Positions 9,442 to 20,632 of a stretch of 64,000 nt of DNA are shown in pieces. Location: the NCBI GenBank assembly GCA_950097015.1, contig CATNEN010000039.1, positions 16,120,001-16,184,000 of the forward strand, written 5' to 3'. The notes under the pieces are model-generated. The model searched no databases, had not been told where the DNA came from, and worked only from the letters and a program-made list of their open reading frames with translations. Within the stretch, counting starts at the first letter, position 1. Every line of letters starts with the position of its first letter. This DNA is from Macrostomum hystrix (Eukaryota; Animalia; Platyhelminthes). Position numbers and translations under genes: made by a program.

Positions 9442-11266
9442 AAGGTTCCAAAATATATACGAGATATATACGAGCTAGATAGATAGAAATATAGTTTTGA
9501 ATTTTAGTATATTGGATGGATACTGGCACACTAAGCCCCCTTGGGGGGCACTGCTGTTCAGACAAAAAAATATTGTGCAATGCATAGGGACAAAACACAC
9601 CTGAAAGCAAACAAAAACGAAAACTCATTTCGTCAGTATATTTATCTCCGTGATTGTGAATATACGTGATTGCGAATCAAAGAGAATTTCAATTCTCACT
9701 AAATACAAAAATAGTCAGTCTGAGCTTGAATACATTCTGAGACATCCGGTCTGTACACCAAGAGCCCCATTGGGGCAAAATTACACAAGTAACTTACGTT
9801 TGATCAACTCAGCTTAATGCTACTAAGGTACATGTGAATACTATCCCCTCATCAGTGACTATGGTCATTGGTTTTGGTTCTTCCAATGTCCGTGCCGCGG
9901 AAAAACCACGGCACGGACAAGGGAAAATCTATTTAGCTTAGTAGAGAAAGGGTAACATTCAAAATTAGAATTGATTACTCATAGTCCGTACCAACTATGA
10001 GTTTAATTTCTGCCCGTTTCTGAAGTTTAATTTTTTGGTTAATATGTGTTGTTGAGAACTGTATTTCACATTGCATTGCTTGTAGTTGAACTGTATCTGA
10101 GCGTGGTTCCCAGAATATTTAAATGCAGTTAAATAGAAAAAAACGTGTTAATCTCCGGTGGAGTATCCCTTCTCATGTCTATGGTAAAAGTCAAGGAGAG
10201 AGAAAATAGAAAAAGAAGCTACTACGAGTCAAAACTAAACTACTTTTTTCTGTGTTTGTCCCAAAATAAGGCACAAATCTGACTAGTTGAAATGGGGGAG
10301 CTTCACCGCCGACGATGTAATTGAGCGCTAAAAGTTTCCGCTCTATCCGATGAAACAACTTCCAGAATCACAAAACACGGGCCAACTTTTTGTTGCGCAA
10401 CTTCTGAAACAATAATCAAGTCACCAGCTCTTTAGACCGTCGAGATATTCAATGTTTCTGGCCGGAAAGGTCGGATTTTTTTTCCATAAGCGCTAGTGTA
10501 TTTCATATACCCCTTTACACAAATTATACTTTAGTAGGCATGTTGTTCTATCGATTTGTACTATTTGTCTATCGAATCTTACTCAGATCATGCCGAAAAT
10601 CTCTACTTAATAATCTCTTCTTGGCAATCTCTCGTTGATAGTCTCAGCCAGATAATCTCTACTTGACAATGACACCCAAATAAGGAAACACTTAAGGAGA
10701 TGTACAATTAAGAGCTGCTTACAGCAGCGAATCTTTAATATTGATGTACGAGATAATATTATCCGCTAAAAATTCCACCATTTTTATTTTTACACCTCGA
10801 GACTCGACCTTTTAAAGTAGAGCTTTGGACGCAACCTTACAAAAATGAATTAAAAAAACACTTTTCTCTTTCGAAAGCGAACTTTCAAGTGTGCAAGGCG
10901 CTTTTCCGCTGCACACATGTGCACGCTTGTACTCGCACATTGCTAGCAGAAGTGAGTTGCTATAGACTTTAAAAATAGAAAACTTCAAAGCCGGGGATTT
11001 ACCGCGCTTCAACCCAGGTTTGGCCTTGGAAACGCCGCTCTGGTTTAAATATGAAACTTTTTTAAACCTGTTTATTAGGGCTGACATTTTTAAGCGTCAC
11101 TAAGATAAAATTATACTAGAAGAACTGGCGTCGTGATCCTTGGCTCGGTGGACGTCGAAGGAAAGTTTCGAGTAAGAATCAAAATCAGCTTGTCAAACGA
11201 GCTTTAGACTAGGGCAAATATATTTTCAGGGCAACAGCTTTTTGTTGTTTAAGTACGGTCCAGCCA

Positions 11267-11437
11267 TGCACAGCACTTAACAGTGCACAGCACTTAACAG
11301 TGCACAGCACTTAACAGTGCACAGCACTTAACAGTGCACAGCACTTAACAGTGCACAGCACTTAACAGTGCACAGCACTTAACAGTGCACAGCACTTAAC
11401 AGTGCACAGCACTTAACAGTGCACAGCACTTAACAGT
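11267..11437. repeat. 17-bp minisatellite (TGCACAGCACTTAACAG)n, ~10 copies
   Basis: Direct reading. Confidence 0.97.
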
Positions 11438-11769
11438 TGTAGAGAGTTGTAAAATGTGCTTTTTGCTTAACGCGCTACTTAAGTAATGCCTAAGGAACTC
11501 TTAGCTACAACATTTAATCTATTTTTAGGAATGAGTCATACGCTATTTTTAGAAACAAGTCATGTGACATGAAACCGGAGAACCGGTTCTTGACAGCTGT
11601 GTTTGCTTGAATTCAAAATATGGTAAAGCAAACAATTATGATTCATCGGTTTCTGCGTCTGTGTTTACACAATATTCCAAATATGGTAAAAACTCACAAT
11701 CATGACTCACTAAACAAATATGTGTGACCTAAGTAAACACCCGGTAGTAGAACCGGTTTTTCCCCAAAA

Positions 11770-13828
11770 TCTATATATATAAAAGTGAATACTCTGTCTG
11801 TCTGTGTGTGTGCAACCTTTTGTCTTTATAGACGCCGAAACCGCTCAACCAAATCGCACCAAACTTTGCACATACCTAAAACCACCTACGCTGAGTGCAA
11901 TAGGCTACTCAAATTCCCGAAAAATCATTTCCTTCCTGCTCAAAAGTGCAAAAAACTGCTCAAAAATCGTCAAAAAATCACTCAATTCGACATATCGTCG
12001 CCCCACTTTGTCAGATTTTCTCCAAATTTGATCCACTTACACTTTACATGTTTTCCAACAATGCTGTCAATTTTGAACATCTCTACTCAATCCAGAGCAA
12101 AGCTGCATCATCTCAAAGTGAGTCACTTTTTGTTTTCCGAGGACAGCCACCCCAACTCCCCTCCGCCACTCTGCGGGCCAAATTTTATTACAGCCACCCC
12201 CCTCCCTTCCCCGGGCGCCGAAGCCCCAGACTGTACATTGTATTTCAAGCCGTGAATGTACACAGCCCAAACCCCTAAACTGTCTACTGGCCCCCAAGCA
12301 GCACTGAGACTGAGTGCGGTGAGTGCGGTGGCGTCCCAGTGTCTGTCTTTTGTCTTTATAGACGCCGAAACCGCTCAACCAAATCGCACCAAACTTTGCA
12401 CATACCTAAAACCACCTACGCTGAGTGCAATAGGCTACTCAAATTCCCGAAAAATCATTTCCTTCCTGCTCAAAAGTGCAAAAAACTGCTCAAAAATCGT
12501 CAAAAAAGCTCAAGGCAAAAGTTTACCCGAACCTGATGGTTCGATATGCTGACGTTGACTGGCTGTCAGAGAGGGCAATTCTGTGTCCTAGAAATGATGC
12601 CGCCAACGAAATTAACTACCAACTGCTTCAGGAGTTGCCAGGTGCAGTTTTCACCTACAAGTCAATTGATACAACGTTGACTGATGACACCGCTGTGGAG
12701 TATCCTGTTGAGTTTCTGAACTCTCTAGATCCTCCTGGAACTCCATCGCACAACTTGCAGCTGAAAGTTGGGGCACCAATTATGCTCCTCCGCAACCTGA
12801 ATGCGCCAAGGCTGTGTAACGGCACCAGACTGATAGTCAGGCGGCTCTTCCCACACGTGATTGAGGCCACGATAATGACTGGATCTGGCAGAGGAGAGTC
12901 TGTGTTCGTTCCCCGGATTCCAATTATCCCCACGGACCTGCCATTTCAGTTCAAGCGACTGCAGTTCCCTGTGAGAGTGTGCTTTGCGATGACTATTAAC
13001 AAGGCTCAGGGACAGTCGCTGAAGGTGGCTGGCATCAACCTGGAGACTCCTTGCTTCTCGCATGGGCAGCTTTATGTCGCCTGCTCCCGTGTTGGAACTC
13101 CAGCTGGCCTATTCATTTTCGCACCAAGGGGAAGAACGAAGAATGTGCTGTATCCCCAGGCCTTGAGGTGACTCGCAAGCAATTAATAGAAAAGTAGTCA
13201 CGAATTGACCTTGACCTGTCTAACTCTGAACTCTGAAACAGTTTAATTTTGTTTCTTTGACATTGTTATTGTTATGCCATGGCTATTTTCCTTATGTATA
13301 CGCGTGTACATGCATACTGTATACAGAGGCAGATTTAGGGGGGGGGGGGGCGGGGGGGCAGTCGCCCCCCCCCCCAAAAATTTTAATCATGGGAATAAGA
13401 TGCCCCCACCAGGGGCGCCAGTCGCAGCACTGGCGCCCCTTTTCGGCCGCTGGCGCCCCTTTTTCAGCCGCTGGCTCCCGTTTTTCAGCCGCTGGCGCCC
13501 TTTCTTGGCTCCTGGCGCCCTTTTTCGGCCGCTGGCACCCCCTCTGTGATTCTCATGGCGCTCCCCTGACAGACCGCCCCAAAACAAAATTCCTGGATCT
13601 GCCACTGACTGTATAGAGGAGTGGCTAAGAGACATGTTTCTAAAGAAGTAATCAAGAGGGGGCTGTTTGGACAAACTTTTCACTTATTTTTTACTTAAAA
13701 CGCCCTTAAACAAACTCTTCACTTTTCATTAATGCAGTAAATAAATAAATGGTGACCTTCACTATAAAGTTAATACAGAGACGTGAATTGCTTACTGCTT
13801 TGCTTTAAATTTCTGCCCCAAAAACAAC
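11770..13828 (+). mobile_element. Internally deleted Helitron with C-terminal PIF1-like helicase fragment, 3' hairpin truncated
   Basis: Starts A|TCTATATATATAAAAGTG. Helicase region ~12507-13171 has RAILCPRN, LKVGAPIMLLRNL..LCNGTRL and RLQFPVRVCFAMTINKAQGQSL..FSHGQLYVACSRV. It ends mid-hairpin (gccccaaaaacaac). Confidence 0.92.
13324..13607. mobile_element. hAT-type MITE nested in the Helitron
   Basis: Imperfect TIRs CAGAGGCAGATTTAGG / CCTGGATCTGCCACTG. Perfect 8-bp TSD ACTGTATA at 13316-13323 and 13608-13615. Confidence 0.88.
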
Positions 13829-13833
13829 CCGAC

Positions 13834-14432
13834 TCGATTCGCCCGACTCCAAGGTCAACACGCTGAGTCGCGAGTCCCAGGCTGAGCTCGTGTCCGCGCT
13901 GAGATCTGCCGAATCCAACGCCGATGTGAAAGCTCTGGTGCTGATCTCCGGCAAGCCGGGCTGTTTCATCGCCGGCGCCGACATCCAGATGCTGGCCGCT
14001 TGCAAATCTGCAGCCGAGGTGACGCAATTGTCCAAGTCTGGCCAGGCCGACTTGCAAGCCCTCGAAGACTGCAAGAAGCCGGTGGTGGCTGCCATAATGG
14101 GCCAGTGTCTGGGCGGCGGCCTAGAGGTGGCTCTGGCTGCTCACTATCACATCGCTGTCAACGATAAGAAGACTGTACTCGGCGTGCCGGAGGTTATGCT
14201 TGGCCTGCTGCCTGGCGCCGGAGGTAAACTAGTCGCCGTTTGACCGTTATATGTTTAGAAATTTAAGGTTTTGCCTATATGTATCAAAAAATCCGTTTGC
14301 CTGTTCTATAAAGCTTGCTTGCGTTGAAGCTATCTCTCAGTCAAAACTAAGGGCCGAAGTTTACACTGCCGAGAAAGAAGCTAAGATCAAACTGTTTCGA
14401 AAAACCAAGTTTTCTCGGCTGTTACTAAAGTG
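13834..14432 (+). pseudogene. HADHA: Inverted HADHA fragment (3' part of exon 1 plus start of intron 1)
   Basis: Reverse complement of ~34198-34832. It carries M>V and R>H changes and a small intronic deletion. Confidence 0.93.
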
Positions 14433-14809
14433 AATTCACCATAGAAAATTGCGCCCTAGTGAACAATTGAAATCTCTCTTGTGTCTCTCTAATAGGTCCT
14501 CCTGAAGGGCGTCTTCTTCGTTACCTCCGAAAGATAACGGATAACTCAAATCAATTTAATAATCCTCTAGGAATGTATCCTAGGGAAACAAGGAGGCCTT
14601 TCTCAAATGTATCGACGATATGTGGCTCTCGTAAACTTAGTTCAATTCAACAACGATTGCTAGCAATAAATTACTCTGTCTAGTAAAGCGCTTACCACTT
14701 GTCTTTCCCCCAGAGATGAGTCCTCTTCTTCGTAAGATGTTTTGAAGTCCGGTGGACCGCTCCGAGTCTGAATTTTTAGCTCGGATTTTCGCTTGTATTT
14801 ATAGTAAAA

Positions 14810-16504
14810 CTAGCTTTTTTGCCCGTTGTTTTTGGGGCAGAAATTTAAAGCAAAGCAGTAGGCAATTCACGTCTCTGTATTAACTTTATAGTGAAGGTCA
14901 CCATTTATTTATTTACTGCATTAATGAAAAGTGAAGAGTTTGTTTAAGGGCGTTTTAAGTAAAAAATAAGTGAAAAGTTTGTCCAAACAGCCCCCTCTTG
15001 ATTACTTCTTTAGAAACATGTCTCTTAGCCACTCCTCTATACAGTCAGTGGCAGATCCAGGAATTTTGTTTTGGGGCGGTCTGTCAGGGGAGCGCCATGA
15101 GAATCACAGAGGGGGTGCCAGCGGCCGAAAAAGGGCGCCAGGAGCCAAGAAAGGGCGCCAGCGGCTGAAAAACGGGAGCCAGCGGCTGAAAAAGGGGCGC
15201 CAGCGGCCGAAAAGGGGCGCCAGTGCTGCGACTGGCGCCCCTGGTGGGGGCATCTTATTCCCATGATTAAAATTTTTTGGGGGGGGGGGGCGACTGCCCC
15301 CCGCCCCCCCCCTAAATCTGCCTCTGTATACAGTATGCATGTACACGCGTATACATAAGGAAAATAGCCATGGCATAACAATAACAATGTCAAAGAAACA
15401 AAATTAAACTGTTTCAGAGTTCAGAGTTAGACAGGTCAAGGTCAATTCGTGACTACTTTTCTATTAATTGCTTGCGAGTCACCTCAAGGCCTGGGGATAC
15501 AGCACATTCTTCGTTCTTCCCCTTGGTGCGAAAATGAATAGGCCAGCTGGAGTTCCAACACGGGAGCAGGCGACATAAAGCTGCCCATGCGAGAAGCAAG
15601 GAGTCTCCAGGTTGATGCCAGCCACCTTCAGCGACTGTCCCTGAGCCTTGTTAATAGTCATCGCAAAGCACACTCTCACAGGGAACTGCAGTCGCTTGAA
15701 CTGAAATGGCAGGTCCGTGGGGATAATTGGAATCCGGGGAACGAACACAGACTCTCCTCTGCCAGATCCAGTCATTATCGTGGCCTCAATCACGTGTGGG
15801 AAGAGCCGCCTGACTATCAGTCTGGTGCCGTTACACAGCCTTGGCGCATTCAGGTTGCGGAGGAGCATAATTGGTGCCCCAACTTTCAGCTGCAAGTTGT
15901 GCGATGGAGTTCCAGGAGGATCTAGAGAGTTCAGAAACTCAACAGGATACTCCACAGCGGTGTCATCAGTCAACGTTGTATCAATTGACTTGTAGGTGAA
16001 AACTGCACCTGGCAACTCCTGAAGCAGTTGGTAGTTAATTTCGTTGGCGGCATCATTTCTAGGACACAGAATTGCCCTCTCTGACAGCCAGTCAACGTCA
16101 GCATATCGAACCATCAGGTTCGGGTAAACTTTTGCCTTGAGCTTTTTTGACGATTTTTGAGCAGTTTTTTGCACTTTTGAGCAGGAAGGAAATGATTTTT
16201 CGGGAATTTGAGTAGCCTATTGCACTCAGCGTAGGTGGTTTTAGGTATGTGCAAAGTTTGGTGCGATTTGGTTGAGCGGTTTCGGCGTCTATAAAGACAA
16301 AAGACAGACACTGGGACGCCACCGCACTCACCGCACTCAGTCTCAGTGCTGCTTGGGGGCCAGTAGACAGTTTAGGGGTTTGGGCTGTGTACATTCACGG
16401 CTTGAAATACAATGTACAGTCTGGGGCTTCGGCGCCCGGGGAAGGGAGGGGGGTGGCTGTAATAAAATTTGGCCCGCAGAGTGGCGGAGGGGAGTTGGGG
16501 TGGC
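14810..16504 (-). mobile_element. Second, inverted Helitron copy with intact 3' end, 5'-truncated
   Basis: Reverse complement of 12146-13828. The minus-strand end is GCCC-caaaaacaac-GGGC-aaaaaag-CTAG|T. The helicase ORF 15479-16174 translates identically to 12476-13171. Confidence 0.92.
15046..15326. mobile_element. hAT-type MITE (duplicated with the Helitron arm)
   Basis: Same TIRs as 13324-13607, TSD TATACAGT. Confidence 0.88.
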
Positions 16505-17056
16505 GACGTGGCGGTGCACCTTGGCCGTCTGGCAGGCGACGCAGGCGCGGGCCCACCTGCTGACGTCCCGGTTCATGCCGACCCACACGAACTTGGCGGC
16601 CACGAGGCGCCGCGTGCTGCGAACCGACGGGTGCGCGAGGCCGTGGATGGCGTCGAAAACGGCGCGGCGGAAGTCTGGCGGCACCAGCGGCCGCGGCCGG
16701 CCGGTCGAGATGTCGCAGAGCAGGGCGACACCGGGGCTGAGCTGCAGGGGCTCGAGCTGGAGGCTGGCATCGGCCAGGACGGCCGGGTCCGCTGCCTGCG
16801 CTTGCACCATCGCCGCGAAGTCCACGCCGGGGAGCAGCCGGGGCCGCACCGAGGAGACCGTGCAGCGGGACAGCGGCTGAAGAAAGCGAGCGGCTGCCAG
16901 GCGCCTCCGACCCGCTGCTCGAGCGCCGCGCCGACCGCGGTGTCCGAGGCGTCGACGGTGAGGGCGATGGGCGCGTCCGGCCGCGGGTGCGCCAGCATGG
17001 TGGCGGCCGCCAGCGCCCGCTTAGCTCCGTCGAAAGCGTCGGTCAGCTCGGGCGTC
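16502..17056 (-). mobile_element. Gypsy pol fragment, copy 2 (truncated by the Helitron arm)
   Basis: Matches 1835-2389. Confidence 0.9.
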
Positions 17057-17246
17057 AATGCGCCAATGCGTTCGCGAACAATCACTAGCAGCTGGCGAAT
17101 CAGGCTGGCATCAAAGACGGCGCCGTCCTTCAGTGTGACGAACGCGTAGGCGCTTTCGCCCTGCGGTGAATTGGTGTTTAGAAAACTAATGCAATCAGCA
17201 TATTGTAGAAAGATCCTCAGAGTGGGATCTGAAACTTCACAGATCT
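17057..17246 (-). pseudogene. Acetyl-CoA synthetase last-exon remnant, copy 2
   Basis: Matches 62406-62595. Confidence 0.9.
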
Positions 17247-17306
17247 TATTAATAAAATCTGTTTAATAATCAAAATTCATCACTTTAATCAATGCTACTG
17301 AAAGTA

Positions 17307-19566
17307 GAATAGGCCTTCCTAGCTTTGACGCGGATGTGAGGCGTTCAGTTGACCCTGCGGTAGAGGATAATCCGAAGGCATCGGACCTGCTTCTCCATGG
17401 CGATCTCCTTGCCATCGAGGGTGATTGGCATCGGACCTGCTTCTCCATGGCGATCTCCTTGCCATCGAGGGTGATTGGCATCGGACCTGCTTCTCCATGG
17501 CGATCTCCTTGCCATCGAGGGTGATTGGCATCGGACCTGCTTCTCCATGGCGATCTCCTTGCCATATAGGTTCCAAAAGAGCTTGCTGGTAAGCATAACC
17601 GCTCCGATTATAGACTCCGAGAGCCTCAGCCCGCTTTGGTCCGCTCAGCGCTCCGATTTGTCGATGAAGCCCCGCAGAATGTTCTGGTGGTGTCCGGCAA
17701 ATCACGGTCAAATCATCAGCGTAGCCCACTTTTTGGAAAGGATCTGGCTGAGCAACGTTGAGCAGCTCTTGACTTACTTGACTTATCTGCAGGGCGGTCC
17801 GATGGACACAGCGGGGAGGAGGGGGTCGCCCATTCCGCTAATCATTGAAAGACCCGCAATCGGCCGATGGCGCGGGGCCAGTCAGGGAGGTCCGTGGCCG
17901 GTCCTTCCTGCAGCTTGCTCTTCACTAGGGAAGAAAGATGCTCGTCTGGTAGCCCTTAGGAACCGGACGAGCCGCGGGATGTTCTCGGATCTGCAAGCGT
18001 CGTCGATGGATGGGTTTGGTCCGAGGTCATTAAGCCTCTCTCTGGTGAAGAAAGGGCAGTGACAGACGAAGTGCAGGGCATCCTCGTTCTAAAGGTTGCA
18101 GAACGGGCACAGCTCACCCCGGAGGTCTCCTCGGAGGAAACAGTGCCTGGCGTAGCAGCCATGGCCCGTGAGGGTCATGGTGAGGGCCCGGATGTCCTTC
18201 CGGGTCTGGTTTAGAAGGACCTTCCGGAGCCGAGTGGATGGCACTGAGACTGCCGCTTTGGATTGGCGGCAAGTAAGTGCTTCTCCACCGGGTAAGATGG
18301 AGGTTGGCGGCCGAGTCATTAGACGATAGATGACGGTGTTCGGAATTGGAACCGGGGGGAGGGGCCCGGCGCAGAGCTGGCGCCTCCCTGCTTGGCCAGG
18401 GAGTCAGCAAGCTCGTTTCCAGGAAAACCGGCATGCCCTGGTATCCACTGGAGTCTGACGGTATTCTTACCGGCCAGGTTGTTAAGCTGCCGGACACAGT
18501 CAGAGACTGTCCGGGAGGTTGTGGTGGTGTGACAGAGCGCTTGCAGAGCAGCCTGACTGTCCGAGTGAAAGATGATAAAGATGATGAGATGTTTTTCTCG
18601 TTTAACTCCGCAGCGCAGGAGCTGATGGCCAGGACCTCGTTCTGGAAAACGCTCGAGGAATTTCCAGTGTGTTGGGCGTGTGTGGCGACAACACGTCCGT
18701 TGACTAGGATACAGACCCCGAAGCCAGCGGAGCCATCCTTCATGGATCCGTCCGTGTAGCAGTGGACCTCCTGGGTGTTCCAGTGGTCGCTAGCTTGGTC
18801 CCTGGTGGGGATGAGAACCTTAAAGCACTGAAGGAGGTTGAGCGTGCGCGGTTCTCCGTCCGTGAGGACATTGATTCCGTTGCTCGCGCCCAAATCTCTC
18901 AGGCAAAGGTCCGTGTGCGGCAGGAGCTTTCGTTTTGCTGCCGCTCGTTGGGGGACGAAGCGCACTCCGGCATCAAGGAGACGCCGGGCGGTTTTTGCCG
19001 CCTCACCGCGGATAAAAATATCAAGCTAAAAATATCAAGCGGGAGGATATTCAGGAAGGCGCTGAGGCCGTCGAAGGGGGCGGTTGGCGCGGCGCTCATG
19101 ATCATGCGACAAGCGCGACCTTGCACTCTCCGAAGAGTCTCAAGGCAGGTCTTTAGCTGCCGTTCACTAGCCCAGATCAGTCTGGCGTACGAAACAGCCG
19201 GTCTGACCATAGCAGTGTGGATCCACCATAGACGTTTGGGGGTGAGACCCCAAGTGTTGCCACCGCCCTGCGCAGCTGCGCCAGGATCGCAAAGGCCTTT
19301 TTGGCTTTAGCGTAGACATGAGGAGTCCAGCTGAGCCTGTGATCGAGCGTTATGCCCAAGCATTTAGTTTGCTTCTGGAAGGTGATGTCCTTTGTGCAGC
19401 GTTGAGCAGCTCATCCATAACGAGGTTCCACAGAAACGGGGGGGAGGACTCCGCGCTGGGGGGCCCCTTTCCTGACGCAGAGCGTCGGCAGCCGTTCAGG
19501 TGGGCCACCCAGGCCTCTCTCCACGGCGCCGACACGTAGCCCGGCACCACGCAGGCGCGCAGGAGT
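17307..19566 (-). mobile_element. LINE fragments (YADD piece plus RNase H-bearing 3' part), copy 2
   Basis: Same as 2640-4799, with the 50-bp unit expanded to ~3.8 copies (17377-17566). Confidence 0.85.
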
Positions 19567-19977
19567 TGACAGAAGAGGTCAAGGAATCATCTTACACGTA
19601 CTATGTGCATGCATATGGTGTTGTTAGGTGCTAGGTGGATAGATGCTAGGGAACTAGTTTACTAGGTAGTGTCAACATTTTAGGAAAGTAACCTCCATAA
19701 ACAAGGCAATTTCGTGGAAAAGCCGGAAAGAAACACTATTTCTTAATTTTATGTTAAAACTTCTATAACAAATAATTGACCTGTTTGCAAATATGTCATA
19801 AAAGTGCACTGTGCAGAATGCGGTTCATTGATCGATGTTTTTCTTATGTACCTTATGTACCTTCTGCCCTATGTACGCAGAACAATAATCAACAATAATG
19901 AAACAATAATGAACATTGACTATGGTCATTGGTTTTGGTTTTTTCCAATGTCCTTGGGGGGAGGGGGGAGGGGGGAG

Positions 19978-20632
19978 GACACCCAATACTGTTAGACATC
20001 CAATACTGTTAGACATCCAATACTGTTAGACACCCAATACTGTTAGACACCCAATACTGTTAGACACCCAATACTGTTAGACACCCAATACTGTTAGACA
20101 CCCAATACTGTTAGACACCCAATACTGTTAGACACCCAATACTGTTAGACACCCAATACTGTTAGACACCCAATACTGTTAGACACCCAATACTGTTAGA
20201 CACCCAACACTGTTAGACACCCAATACTGTTAGACACCCAATACTGTTAGACACCCAACACTGTTAGACACCCAATGCTGTTAGACACCCAATACTGTTA
20301 GACACCCAATACTGTTAGACACCCAATACTGTTAGACACCCAATACTGTTAGACACCCAATACTGTTAGACACCCAATACTGTTAGACACCCAATACTGT
20401 TAGACACCCAATACTGTTAGACACCCAATACTGTTAGACACCCAATACTGTTAGACACCCAATACTGTTAGACACCCAATACTGTTAGACACCCAATACT
20501 GTTAGACACCCAATACTGTTAGACACCCAATACTGTTAGACACCCAATACTGTTAGACACCCAATACTGTTAGACACCCAATACTGTTAGACACCCAATA
20601 CTGTTAGACACCCAATACTGTAAGACACCCAA
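19978..20632. repeat. 17-bp minisatellite (GACACCCAATACTGTTA)n, ~38 copies
   Basis: Direct reading. Confidence 0.98.

Larger units (their letters stand above)
7737..9483 (-). mobile_element. Putative non-autonomous Helitron carrying two minisatellite arrays
   Basis: The minus-strand 3' end is hairpin GCTCCC-tgaata-GGGGC, 8 nt, then CTAG|T (7740-7737). The candidate 5' end is A|TCTATCTAG at ~9483. Confidence 0.5.
260..11437 (+). repeat. Segmental duplication unit, copy 1
   Basis: Near-identical and colinear with 36040-48937, and in part with 16502-21152 and 26302-28790. Confidence 0.9.

Noticed and set aside
12476-13171. Host PIF1 helicase gene
   Set aside because: Only the C-terminal helicase half, intronless, within Helitron termini, with the ORF N-terminus derived from terminal non-coding sequence.
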